In this document: piece after piece, positions 12,996 through 26,939 of the stretch
How the letters are laid out: each line of letters starts with the position of its first letter
Numbering within the stretch: the first letter of the stretch is position 1
NCBI RefSeq assembly: GCF_001194135.2
Contig: NC_068981.1
Span: 147,195,468 to 147,259,467, forward strand
Direction of reading: 5' to 3'
From: Octopus bimaculoides
Lineage: Eukaryota
Length of the DNA: 64,000 nt
Notes under the pieces: generated by a model
Seen by the model: the letters and a program-made list of their open reading frames with translations, nothing else
Database searches by the model: none
Told to the model about the DNA's origin: nothing
Position numbers and translations under genes: made by a program

Positions 12996-14726
12996 TATAT
13001 TTATATACATATATATACATATGCTTACACAGATATATATATAGATATAGACATATATATATGGATCTGTACATATTTGAATATATAGATTGGTAAATAG
13101 ATAGATATGTTAATGAGTATGTATGTACATGCATATATAATTACAATGGACATGCACATCAGAGAAAATCAAAATAATGATGTGTACATCCATTTATAAC
13201 AAATTCTGCACGCTTAATGTACATATACCATGAACATATCACACATACACACACATACATTATATGTGTAGGTGCTGGTGCTATGTAAAAGCACTCAATC
13301 CACTCAGTAAGGTGCTTGTAGTTAGGAAGGGCATCCAGCCATAAAAACCATGCAAAAATGGACAGTGAAGCCTGGTGCAGTCTTCTGCCTAGCCAGCTCC
13401 TGTCAAACCACCTAACTCATGCCAGCATGGAGGATGAACATTAAACGATAATGATAATGTTGATGTATGTATATATCTGCGTATATGTATGCATATGTAT
13501 ATATGTGTGTGTATCCATTTATATTATCAGATAGTTATGTACAAGTCAGAAAAAATGTGTGCTCAGAAGTCATAGAGTGGGTATATTTTTATATTATCAA
13601 ACAACATGTAACAGGTTAGAATGGTTACTGTTAGTTTCTCTTTGACATTACCACTAGACAATATCAAAGGCTCTTCAGCTGTGCTGGCCAGAATTGCACA
13701 TCCTCTTATATGCTGGATGTATTTCGACTCTGGGTTGGGTAGGTGGTCGCAAAAAAGTGGAACAAAACATAGTGAAAGATAGTAAAAGAAGAAATTATTC
13801 CTCACTGGTTGGTTGTTAGCCATGGGTAAGTTGTATATATATATATTAATTAACGTGTACAGTATTATATTTATCCTTTATAGCCAATCTTACCAATTGT
13901 TTTCGCATTAGGGGTTAAATGGAGTGTTATGTAACAGTCCAATTATGTAACCCTGCGCTCTTTAGAGGTAGCTGTTATGGAATAAAATATAACAACTGCT
14001 CTCTATTGTTGGGGGTGAATATATCATTCCCAAGTTCAAAAATGGGCATGACCGTGCCAAAATGAATTTGTGCTCCTCAGAACAGAATCTGAAAATTTTG
14101 CTTTTCAAATTCAGTAAATTTTTTAGATTGATTCTCTCTCCTCTCCAAGCAAGGTCTGCATCTTTTACTTGTCATTAAGATATGGTCCAGAATGTTCCAG
14201 CAAGTAGCTTTGCTGTCCTCATGGACACAATTTGTGCTTCATTGTTCATGCAGATGTGTGGGTGTGGGGAAAGGATTATTTGTTTTGTTTTGTTTTTACG
14301 TCAGTTTTTCCATGGGAGCATGGGTTAGACACATATATATTGTTGCAGCATTGTTTCATAGCTAGGTGCTCTTCTCATCACTAGTCCTTTCCTATTTCTG
14401 AAGCAAGAGAAGTTTTTCATTCTGTATGTCTTCAAAACTATAGAGCTACAAACAATTTATTAACAAGGAAATGACAATAGCGAATACTGACCGTAGCTCA
14501 TATGATCACATCTCTCTCTCTCTCTCTCTTCCACACACATACATATATGCATACTGCGGTTAGTTTATGCAATATTTACTGGCATATAAGATGCACTCCT
14601 ACTTTACAAGTACATTTTGTGGGGAAAAAACATATTTAATATGTTCCATCATACACTCATATTCTTGTTACGCTATGTTATATGGTCACATGAGATGCAT
14701 GGCAATTTTTTGATACATTTAAAGTG

Positions 14727-15104
14727 TTGCTGTGTGATAAGTAGCTTGCTTACCAACCACATGGTTCCAGGTTCAGTCCCACTGCATAGCACCTTGGGCA
14801 AGTGTCCTCTACTATAGCCTCAGGCTGACCAAAGCCTTGTGAGTGGATTTGGTAGATGGAAACTGAAAGAGGCCCGTCATATATGTGTGTGTGTTTGTGT
14901 GTCTGTGTTTGTCCCCCCACTATTGCTTGACAACCAATGCTGGTGCGTTTACGTCCCTGTAACTTAGCAGTTTGGCAAGAGACCAATGGAATAAGTACTA
15001 AGCTTACAAAGAATGAGTCCTGGGGTCGATTTGTTCGACTAAAGGCGGTACTCCAGCATGGTCGCAGTCAAATGACTGAAACAAATAAGAGAGTAAAGAA
15101 TAAA
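14727..15104 (+). mobile_element. SINE family A copy (about 380 bp, internal TG/TA microsatellite)
   Basis: GCTGTGTGATAAGTAGCTTGC...GGTTCAGTCCC head and GACTGAAACAAxTAAxAGAG tail. Similar copies at about 9340-9695(-), 19440-19740(+), 22500-22885(+), 26610-26935(-), 54355-54810(-), 59420-59805(-), 62335-62460(+) and 62755-63130(-). Confidence 0.85.
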
Positions 15105-17884
15105 ATAAGTGTGTCTTATACACCAGCATATATGGTTTTCCTATAATTTAGCCTGAAGCCTTGATGTGAATGGAATTATAATAGAAAACACTATTTCTAA
15201 TGTTTTTACAAAAGCATGAATGTTAGAAATTTAGTTTATAAATTTCCATTTTTATACTTTATCTGATTGAATTCTTATCATCTAGGTATGAATTCCAGGT
15301 ATTTATTGCTGAGAATTGGTTTATTAGATTTAGTTCTGCGTAGTTTGTGCATAGTAATCAGGTTGAATTAGTGTATTATTTGTAGCATATGGTATAAAAC
15401 CAACAGCTGTTCATATGACTGAGACTACATATCAACATTACATCAGAGATTTAGTATTTTGGAAAATACAAGCCATTTTGTCAAGCCAAGCCATTGAATA
15501 AGCTTCTACATAGTTGATTGATCTGCTAGAAATAACAGTAATATCATCCCTCAGATCACACTGTCACATGACCACGTGATCACTTGACCAACCAGACTAT
15601 CAGATGTGGTTACACATTATTGGTCACAGTGCACTTTGTATCATTGCAGCTTTCGCATTACACCACGCCACTGGCTAGGCAAGCAAGCCAACGTTCCCAC
15701 CCCGCTGATCGATAGACGGACTGGAGTAACATAAAATGAAGTGTTTTGCTCAAGAACACAATGCGTTGCCCAGTCTGGGGATCAAACCCATGATCTAACA
15801 ATCATGAGTGTGACAGCCCAACCACTATGCCAAGTGCCTTCACTATGCTTCCTTAAAAAGAAGAATACATAAAATCATATGATCTGACTTACTCCTAAGA
15901 TGGATGGTCACAGCTGTAATGTTCTTAATCATAGGTCTGCTCAATTAGCTTTGACCTGTAACTAAACAACAAGAATATATTAGCCAATCTAGTCCTATGT
16001 CAAGACAAGGAGCCACAAACACACATCACACACTGCTACCAACACTGCACCGTGTCTCCCACAACTGCCTCACCTTCTTCTCTCTTTTCATTCTCTTTTT
16101 CTACCTCTCTTGTCTTCTGGTGTCCTGTATTATAGCTTCAGACCAACCAAAACTTTATGAGTGGATTAGACAGAAACAGAAAGATTACTGTTGTGTGTGT
16201 GTGTATGCACGCGCGCATGTGTGTGTGTGTGTGTGCACACGCATGTGTGTGCATCCTTATGTTTGTGTTTGTCTTTCACTGCTTAATAGCTAATGTTGTT
16301 TCCTTTATGTCTGTAACTTAGCAGTTCAGCAAAAAGTGACTGATAGCATAAATACCAGGTTTTAAATATTTTATTCACTTTGTTTGACTAAACCCTTCAA
16401 GGCAGTTCCCTGTCATTGTCACAGTCTAATGTCTGAAACTAATAAAAGAGTAATAAAACAATATCATGAACATTTATAAATTTATGCATCAGTTAAGAAT
16501 ATTATAAATGTGAAATTTACACACGCTCCATGAGTGGATATAAACATTATTCAGATAGCCTTACTTGTTTTATTTATCTCTGTTTCTCTTCTTAAGATCT
16601 TAATTAATAGATCTAATCACAACATAATTATTTCAGCTTAATTATCTAGCATGGACATCTGCAATTATTAATAGTATTATTCATCTTAGCTCTGTATATA
16701 ATAATACCAAACATTGGTATTATTCATCTCAGCTCAGTGTTCAAAGCCAGTGAGCTATTGATGTTGCAGCTATTTCTGTGTGACCATGAGAGAACCATGT
16801 GTACATAACATGCTTGCCTCTTTCAAATGCACACACACAAAATATGACTAACACTAGAAAGAGAAGGCTGATAATGGAAAATTTTCAGAACACACTTGAA
16901 TTAACACTTGAAGAAATGCTTTTGCTTTGGTTGAAAAAGAAAATGAAGTAGATACATTCAAAATTATTTGTTTCTAAAGTTAAAAGTGACTCTCTTTTTC
17001 TTCCTCTCTTCTCTGTTATCCTCCTGATTTAAAATGAAGACAATTGAATGATATAATTAATTAATTGACTTACCTAATGTTCTATTACTCCATATTGAAG
17101 ATGAACAATGTACAGAAACAGGTTTGTGCTTGGATAAGGAATTATATATAACTTAAAAAGATATACTTGAGACAACAAAGAAAAAAGAAATTGAATAATT
17201 TTAATATGCTTTTTTTTCCTTCATACAAAAAAATGCACAAAATTATAATAAACTACTTATAATATGAAATACAAAAGTATCAATCACTGAGGTGAGAGGT
17301 TTCCATTTCCACAACTTTGAGCCTAACATGGTTTATTCATAGATGTTGGTAGTGACAAAGTGTATTTATGAATGTTAGTCCTTAAAAGGAACAAAAAGAC
17401 CCCATTAGATAATTCACTCACCTCTTTGGAAGGAACATACACACATACATGCACAAGCAATATGACTGACTCTAGAAAAGTGAGGTTTATTAATGATGTT
17501 GATAGTTCCTTTATTTGCAGATGAAAAAAATACTTTGTATATTTATATCAGCAAAGAAAATTTGAATTAAATCAACGACGCAATATATTTATAGCCACCA
17601 CATACTTTGTTCTAACTTGTTTGGTTCAGCTTACACAAAAGGCTTAAGAAATTTTCCTTTCAAAACCAGTCTATCTTCATTTGACCATCTAGAACAATAT
17701 AAGTAGCTTAACATTTCTTTTAAAATCTTTCTTTGCAATATCTCCTTAACAGTAAGTTTATTGAACTAACTATAACCTTGAACAAGCTGTCTGTGATAAT
17801 AATAAAACCATGCCAGCAAGGAAAACAGACACTGAATGATGATGATGATGATGATGATGGTAGTAGCTCTCATTATTATTATTA

Positions 17885-18230
17885 AGATGGCAAGCTGGCA
17901 GAATCATTAGCACCCTGGGCAAAATGCTAGGCAGCATTTTGTCTATCCTTACATTCTGAGTTCAAATTCCACTGGAGTCAACTTTACCTTTCATTGTTTT
18001 GGGGTCAATGAAATAAATACCAGTTATGCACTGGGGTTGATGTAATCGACTATCCCCTCCCTGAAAAAATTTCAGGCCTTGTACCTATAGTGGAAAAGAT
18101 TGTTGTTGTTGTTATTATTATTATGGCGGTGAGCTGGCAGAATAGTTAGCACACCAGGCAAGATGTTTAGCGGCATTTCGTCTTTATATTCTGAGTTCAA
18201 ATTCCGCTGAGGTCAGCTTTACCTTTCATA
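17885..18230 (+). mobile_element. SINE family B, two tandem copies
   Basis: GGCxAGCTGGCAGAAT...TTCTGAGTTCAAATTCC head with (ATT)n tail. Other copies at about 8740-8930(-), 22915-23335(-), 23680-23875(-), 26940-27650(-), 52885-53010(+) and 53055-53160(-). Confidence 0.8.
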
Positions 18231-18599
18231 TGACATTGTAGGTTCTATGTGAGAAACTGGATCCAGTCAGTTTGAATATTAAGCATATAGAATATTTTGA
18301 CTTGATATGGCTAGGTTTAATGTGTATTTCTTGTTATTTTTGTAATGATTTTTACCTTTTGTTTTTAATACCTTTGAAATTTAAATATGTTTTAGGTTAT
18401 GACAGAAGTTAAAAGGAAGTTTGAAATATGACCAGTTTTTGGCTTACATCAATACAGCTTGAATTTAAGAATAACAGAGAGACCTACAGAATACTTGGAA
18501 ATTTTCCCAATACTTCCAAAACTCTAAAAACAAAAGATTAAAAAATAAAGAGAAACAGAGAAAAACCATGACATAAAACTGAAAGGTGTGAATTTGAAG

Positions 18600-21500
18600 A
18601 TGATACGACAATCTAATTTAACAAATAGACTTTTGGTTCATTATAATTTGAACCGAAGTGAATACGTTTCACTTGTTACTGATATATGGTTAAAAAGACA
18701 AAGGTACGTAAATATCAGTGAATCACTAGATATCATTTAAATTATATTTGAGGTCAAATTACACGTTAGAAATTCTTATCACTACCACCACCTTCATCAT
18801 CATCATCATCTATGGGTTGCGCAGATCCCACTGTGTCTCCCTATCAGTTGTAGTCACTCTGGTACACTCATCATCATCATCATCATCATCATCATCGTTT
18901 AACGTCTGCTTTCCATAGCCATGCCTACAAGAGTCAAGGCTACTGTCCTCTCCTTCCCAGTCTAAATTTTGTAAATTGCTTCATTTTCAATACACCATCT
19001 CACATGGTGTGCTGAACACTGAAATTGTAAAATGATCATAGTGCTTGAAAAGACATATCAAGTTAAGGTTGCCCTTGCATACAGGCTCGCCCCCTGCAAC
19101 TCTCTCCAGCTGAGCATCCCTAATCTTGTGGGCTTGTAGGTGCTGGTGCCACATAAAAAGCACCCGTGCCAGTGCTGCATAAAAGCATCCAGTACGCTCT
19201 GTAAAGCGGTTGGCCTTAGGAAGGGCATCAAACTGTAGAAACCATGCCAAAACAGACATAGAGCCTGAACAGCCCTTCAGCTGGATCAGTTCCTGTCAAA
19301 CCGTCCAACCCATGCCATCATGGAAAATGGATGTTAAATGATGCTGATAAAATATCAATTTCTTTTGATAACACTTTTTAGCACATTTATGCCTTTCCAA
19401 AGACCATCAGCTGTGTAAATGAAATAAAATATCTATATATAGGTGCTGGCATGTTATGTAGTAAAGAAGCTTGCTTTGCAACTATGTGGCTTCAAGTTCA
19501 GTCCCATTGCATGACACCTTGAGCAAGTATCTTCTTACTATAGCTCTGGGCCAACCAATGCTTTGTGAATGAATTTCATAGAAGAGAACTGCAAGGAAGC
19601 CTGTCATATATAGTGTGTGTGCACACCTTTGTGTTTCCACCACTTGACAACTGGTGTTGGTTTGTTAATGTCTCTGTAACTTAGAATAAATACCAGGCTT
19701 AAAAAGTAAGCACTGAAGTCAATTTGTTCGATGAACCCTTGTCCACGGAGGCAATGACTGAGACCGTTGGCATTATATTGTTGTGCTTGAGAAGAAGACC
19801 CATCAAGCCAAGTAAAATTGCAGTCATGGCAGATACCTATGTCACACAAATGGCACATAAAAGCACCTTTCAAGCATTGAGCCTCATGGAAGCACAGACC
19901 GAAACCATTTGGCATTATGCTGGGCTTTGAGTGTTGGACCACATGAAAGCACAGACCGAAACCATTTGGCATTATGCTGTGCTTGAGAAGACACATCAAG
20001 CCAAGTAAAACCACACTTGTGGCAGATACCAGTGTTGAGCAAATGGCACCTCTGCCGGTAACATGTAAAAACACCCATTACATTCTCGGAGTGGTTAGCA
20101 TTAGGAAGGGCATCCAACCATAGAAACCATGCCAAAACAAACTGGAGTCTGGTGCAGCCTTCCAGCTTGCTAGCCCTGGTCAAACCATCCAACCCATGCC
20201 GGCATGGACAACAGACGTTAAATGATTATGATGAAGACTTCAAAAAATAATTTCATTAAAGAAAACATTTTTGTTTTGTTTGTTTTCTTTTAGTTCTTAA
20301 CCATTATTATTTAATACCAAGCATTGTTGACATAGTGTTTACATATCTTTAGAGCTGCGGATTGTCCTGCTTCTGATAAGCATTGAAATATGAAATAACA
20401 ACTGAACCTATTGTTAGCCACCTTAATACAGGCAGAGAAAATTACGTGTTTTGTACTGAAGCAAAATACAGCCTTTTTATCTTCTTACATGTTTCAGTTA
20501 TTAAACTACATCCACGCTTTGAAGGATTTTAGTCAAACAGATCAGACCCAGTACTTAAATGTTTTTTGTTGTTGTTGTTAAACAGGAAATTGACCATGTG
20601 GAGGACAGGAAATGGAGCATGTGGCGATTAGAAATTGGCTGGATTGTTGGTAGGGAGATGTAGGAAGGGGCAGCATGCGCAAGTATATAGTTCTATATGT
20701 GGGTGTGTAGACGCAATGATATGATATGATTTTGCGTGCATGTGTGTATTGATGCAAGTGTACACATCTGTACATGGGCATGCATGTCTACACACACACG
20801 CTTGGACAAACATGCACATGCATACGCACACATACATGCATACACACACATATTCATTCATATGTACATATGTATATTTGCATACATGTATGCATGCATA
20901 CCAGTGTGTGCACGCACATGTGCATTCACATGCATGTGTGTGCACATGCACAAAACAAGCATTGAGGATTGGCAAGCATTGGGGATTGGTATGCATTGGG
21001 GGTTGGTAAACATTGAGGATTGATAAATGGCAGTCCTGCTCATGGAGTTGGTTGGTGTGTTTGACCTTGGTGCAGGTGGTGCAGAGTACCAGCTGGTGCT
21101 AAGGTTATGTTGGTGGAAACTTCTAGGTTAAAAGTGGGGTTATACCATATAATTTTTCCTTCTTATAATCCTTTTGGGGTGGGGAAAGGGTGTTTAGAGG
21201 TCGTCCACATATGTGAGCTTCTCAGTAAACCCGCTCCTCGCCAAAGCATCTATTGGCTGAGAGATTAGATAATCATTTACTAATGCCTGGAACCAAGTTT
21301 CTAATTACAGTGGAGGGATGGTTTGAGCTCTTGTATATGTATACTGTATCCTTGTTAGGCTTCCTGTATGGGTAATACTTTCCTGTACTGAGGTCTAAGG
21401 TTACATCCAAGAAATCATCTATAGTCAAGACAGGCTGAACTCCTTAAATATTTTTATCAAGTCCTTCCTGAACCTATCCATGGTGTGGCTGTTCATATGG

Positions 21501-23330
21501 TTTGAGATAGCCAGGCCGTCATCCTTATAGAGGGCTAACTTTTGTGGGTGGGTATGTCTCTTGAAAGTATCCAAAATGTATAACCTGACGAGGTCAGCGA
21601 TTTCAGCCCTGTCAAAGCTCCCCATAGAGACGTTTAACAATGCATCACCTTCTTTTTTCACTCAGAAGGAACTGTCATGGGCCAGAATTGATTTTCTAGC
21701 ATTCATGATAATGCTGTCAAGATCACTAATTCTGGTGTATTGCTCAGCAAAAGTTAGGGCCTTCAGAAGGAGGGGCTTAGATACACACACACACACATAT
21801 AAATTCATATTTATATATATATATATATATATGATGATGATGACGATGAGCTTTCATTCGTAAAAACCCTGCCAAAACAAACAGTAAAGCCCGATGCAGT
21901 CTTCTGCCTCACTAGCCCCTGTCAACCCTTCCAACCCATCCCAACATGGAAAGCACATTAAATGATGATGGGCTTCCATACCATTTCTGTCTTCCAATTT
22001 TACTGATAAGGCATTGGTTGGTCCAGGGCTATAGTAGTAGACACTTGCCCAAGGATTGAACCTGAAACCATGTGGTTGCAAAGCAAGCATCTTAACTACA
22101 CAGCCATGCCTACACCAAATCTGGCAATATTTGTCATAAGGTTTAAACTCATTACAAAAAGATTCAGCTGTAACTTTACAACCATTGTATTGTATTGTAT
22201 TTCACTTATTTTCCTGAAGTTTTGTCTCATTTTAAATTCAGATTCTGCATTTTATCTTAATGTATTTTTTTTCCACAGGTCACGTGATGCAATCTGGTCG
22301 TTCCTTTGTGTAGTTTTCTTATTGGTGCTAATGATGTGGGGTGTATGGTATTATGGCCTTTGCAATCGTAAATCAAAAAGAAATGCCCACAACTTTGAAG
22401 ACACATGTCATTATACCACAGTCAACAGTAAGGTTTCTTTTGATATTCTCTTTATTTTTTTTACTCATCATATAGAACAAACAAAAAAAATAAATATATA
22501 TAGGTGCAGAAGTGGCTGTGTGATAAGTAGCTTGCTTACCAACCACATGGTTCTGGGTTCAGTCCCACTGCGTGGCACCTTGGGCAAGTATCTTCTACTA
22601 TAGCCTTGGGCTGACCAAAGCCTTGTGAGTGGATTTGGTAGACGGAAACTGAAAGAAGCTGTCGTATATATGTATATATATATATATATATGTGTGTTTG
22701 TGTTTGTTCCCCCACCATCGCTTGACAACCGATACTGGTGTGTTTACGTCCCCGTAACTTAGTGGTTCAGCAAAAGTACTAGGCTTCCAAAGAATAAGTC
22801 CTGGGGGCGATTTGCTCGACTAAAGGCGGTGCTCCAGCATGGCTGCAGTCAAATGACTGAAACAAGTAAAAAAGAGTTAAAGAGAGTATAGGAAAAACAC
22901 TATCGCAAAATGATAATAATAATAATAGTTTCAAATTTTGGCACAAGGCCAGAAGTTTTGAGGTGGGGAGTCAATTACATTGATTCCAGTGTTCAACAGG
23001 TACTTATTTTATTGACTCCAAAAGGATGAAAGGCAATGTTGACCACCACTAAACAATTTGCTTGGCATGCTAATGATTCTGCTAGCTCACCACTTAAAGA
23101 ATGATAATAATAATAATACTTTCTACTGAAGGCACAAGGCCTGAAATTTGGTAGGAGGGGACTAGTCAATTACCTCAACATCAGTGTTTCACTGGTACTT
23201 AATTTATCGACCCCCAAAAGGATGAAAGGCAGAGTTGACCTCAGTGGAATTTGGACTCAGAATGTAAAAACAAATAAAATGCCACTCAGCATTTTGCCTG
23301 GTCTGCTAACAATTCTGCCAGCTTGCCACC

Positions 23331-23365
<35 letters not shown>

Positions 23366-24555
23366 CATCATCATCATCGTTTAATGTCCGCTTTCCATGC
23401 TGGCATGGGTTAGATGGTTTAACTGAAAACTGGTAAGCCAGAGAGCTACACCAGGTTCCCGTCTGAATTTGGTTTTGTTTCTGCAACCTAATGCCCTTCC
23501 CAACACCAACCACTCCAAGAATGTAGTGGATGCTTTTATGTGTCATTGATGTGACACCAGCATTGGTCACGACTACAATCTCACTTGGCTTGACAGGTCT
23601 ACACAAGCATGGTATATTGCCGAAGATCTTGGTCACCTGTCACTATCTCCACAAAGCCCAATGCTCAAATGGTGCTTTTTACAATAATTTTAAATTTTGG
23701 CACAAGGCTAGCAACTTCGAGTGAGGGGTAATTTGATTACATTGACCCCAGTGCTCAACTGGTACTTATTTTATTGACCCTGAAAGGCTGCGTTTGAACT
23801 CAGAATGTAAAGTCTGAAGAAATATCACTAAGCATTTTGTGCCGCTCAGTAATGATTCTGCCAGCTCGCTGCCTTAATAATAATAATAATAATGATGATG
23901 ATGATGATGATGATGATAATTTTTTTATCTGATCAGTGTATTTAATATATAATTCACAACCAATGATATAACAAACATCAGTAACAAACATAACATTGTA
24001 TGTTTTTCTCAATTATTGGTCATGTGATATGTTGTATGTTCTTTATATGTTGTCACATGATTTGATCTGTCATCTGTGATTGAATGGTTGAGAAGACTTT
24101 GATTGGCCTGGGGCTTTAGTAGAAGACATGCCCTTGGTGCCTTACAGGGGGACTGAAGAGAAACTATGAGGCTGAAAAACAAACTTCTAAATCACACAGC
24201 CAATATATACTTTTTTACTTCATTATTTGCAAACATAAATCACAATTTTATATTTTGGTTGTTTAACATGTAAGATTTAGTAAATTGAAATTAAAATTGA
24301 GAAAATAAATAATTAAACTTTCTTTTTATCCCTCTCTTCATTTTTGTTTGCTCCCTGACAGAAGTCATCCAAGCCAAAGCCAAATTTCTTCCTATGTTTC
24401 AAAAGAAGGAGAAACAACATGTAGAAGTAACTACCGACAATTCTTCATCTGCCGAAACTGATTATGAAGACATTGATGGAAGTCAGAACTGCTTAACATC
24501 TAACAAAAGAAAAAAAAAGATGTCAAAAACATTCCATAAGAAATTTAATATTTAG
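18600..24555 (+). CDS. Candidate 3-exon gene (18600-18703, 22279-22427, 24362-24555) for a 148-aa single-pass membrane protein; N-terminus uncertain
   Basis: Splice sites AG|GTACGT, ttttttccacag|G, A|GTAAGG and a long polypyrimidine tract ending ctgacag|. Phases 2 and 1 are compatible, and 104+149+194=447 nt stay open to TAG. Hydrophobic segment AIWSFLCVVFLLVLMMWGVWYYGLC is followed by basic NRKSKR. No homologue recognised. Confidence 0.55.
21190..21775 (-). mobile_element. Penelope-like element reverse transcriptase fragment
   Basis: NVSMGSFDRAEIADLVRLYIL...LALYKDDGL in ORF 21425..21661, followed by FLDVTLDLSTGKYYPYRKPN. Confidence 0.85.
22500..22885 (+). mobile_element. SINE family A copy
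   Basis: Full-length match to 14727-15104. Confidence 0.85.
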
Positions 24556-26939
24556 TGTTAAACGAACTAAAAGTAATAGAATATTTTCCGTATATTTAAT
24601 AAAACTACATCTACAAGACCATCATACTGTTTATTAGAACTATGTAAGCAAATATCTTCCAGTTTTTACTTATTAGTTATGTGTACTTTGGTATCTAGAC
24701 ACTGAATTATATTTGAAATGAAGAACATACTCCATTAAATGAGGTACCAAAATTACTGTCGAGAAATTTGTAGAAATATACTTGTGAATAATAAATATAT
24801 ATTTTCAATGTAAATTAAATTAAAACTTACCTTTTTTAAGAATAAAAAACATGAAGATGTTACTTTACTATGAAAAAGGTAAAGTGTTAAAACTGTAAAA
24901 TATTCTTTTGTATAAATATATTACAATTAAATTTGTAAATATTTTCTGTTATTTTTAAAGTAATTCTGTCATACACACACACACGTATATATAAATAAAT
25001 ATATATACATATATATGTGTGTGTGTGTGTAATAATATGAGAGGTTTTGGTATCCAGAAGACCCAAAAGGCAAGTAATGCTATGTAAGTATTACAGAAAG
25101 AAAAAAAGAACAACGTAAAAAACTTACTGCATAAACATTGATTTTCTTTGTCAGTAGTTTTGAAAAAAAAAAACATTAACAACACTGAATATTCCATTCA
25201 AAATGTTTTCCCTGGAATGCTTGAATAATCATATTTACAATTCAACAACTAAGAACATTTTTTTTGTAGAATTTTATTTCCACTGTTACAAATTTTCAAA
25301 ATAACTTCTGTATTATATATACTTATATATTTTTATATATAATTATTGACAGCTTCTTGGCAATAATGATTGTACAATCAAAAGCTTTTAGACTATACAA
25401 AATCTGAATTTATTGTAAAACTAGAGGGTGGGATGGTAGTTCCAGATCGGAGAAAAAAATAAATAGCAAATTTATTATTTCACTCTATTTTTCACACACT
25501 TGAAAAATATTTTCATGTTTGATATTTTAAAAAAACAATCTTATCACAAATTTTTCTGATCAATTTATATAACTCTTAACCCATGAAATGTGAAGTAAAG
25601 AACAAATTAATTGAGCAAAGGCAGATTTAAAAATACCACACCTATTCACCATATTTTTTTTATCTACAGAACACAATAAACTTTCGAAGGTAAAATTAAG
25701 AAACAGAAGATTTTTTTATCTCAAGTATGTTCTCAAACATTTCGCAATTACAAAGAAACCAATAAATTACACTTGGCAATAAAAATAATAGCTTTTGACA
25801 GATATTTAATGCTAGTTACAAAAAGGAAAATTGGTTTGTGACAAATGTACTTCTAATGTCTTATATATTACTTATTTTTTTGCAATAATATATTCATATT
25901 TGAAGCAGCTGAATTAAAATATCAGTATTGTTTGAAAATATTTGAGAACTTCACTAACGTTAAAATATATTTCACTAAAAAAAAATGTCTAAACAAATAT
26001 CAGTTGACTTTTTTTTACTTTGAAATTAGAGATTGATAAAATTAGATTCACAGTGTCTGTTGTTATAACCAACATAGTATAACCTTGTATACTATATTTG
26101 TATATATTAAATGTGTCTGTATTAGTTTTAACTGCAGACATTAAGTAGATTATAGAAGATAATAAAAAAAGAAGAAAGGAGTGCCACGAAGGGCTTGAAC
26201 CAGATTTTCTTGTTAACGTAACGGTAAATAGGATCACATGTTCAGATTTAAAATAAACAAATTACAAAATTTTAAATAATTCATTAAAGCATTGTTATTA
26301 AAGAGTAATCTCCCTTGCAACAAGAGGGGAAATATTACACCTGTCAAGTATTAAAATAAATTTGAATGACTTTTCAACTCGTATTTTGAAAACGATAAAC
26401 ATTTTATTAAACTATTATTCATTAGGCAAGATGTTTTATGGAATGTGGCATATCAAAGTAACAGTAAAGGGAGGTAATAAGGAAATGGATCTACAGAAAT
26501 TTTAATATATACATATTTCTCAATTAATCCAGTCAAAACATACCTCCACATAAAAATAATTATTAATGTAAAAGTTTCTAACTTCAACTGTTTACAATAA
26601 TCTTTTCTTCTTTTGTCGTTTACTTGTTTCAGTCATTGAAACCTTCAAAGGTTTAGTCAAACAAATTGATACAAGAATTAATTTTTAAGTTTGGTGCTAA
26701 TTCCATCAGTGTGCTGTTACAGGGATGTAAATAAACCAACACTGGTTGTCAAGCAGTGGTGGGGGAACGAATACAAACACACACACATATATGACATGCT
26801 TCCATGCAGTCTCTGTCTACTAAATCCACTCCCAATGCAATGGTTGGCCCAGAGATTTAGTAGAAGACATTTGCCCAAGGTGCAGTGAAGCAGGACTGAA
26901 TCCAAAGGCAGGTCTTATCCGCACAGCCATGCCTGCAAC

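Noticed and set aside
12138-13134. Many 60-240 aa ORFs rich in Y/I/H/T/C/V/M (also near 20600-21050, 29150-31530, 43080-43640, 47277-47570)
   Set aside because: They are translations of (TA)n/(CA)n/(TACA)n microsatellites, which lack stop codons in several frames
17074-17151. Isolated AG...GT-bounded segments (17074-17151 minus; also near 24830-24868 minus and 25670-25689 plus)
   Set aside because: Good splice signals, but I could not chain them into a supported gene model
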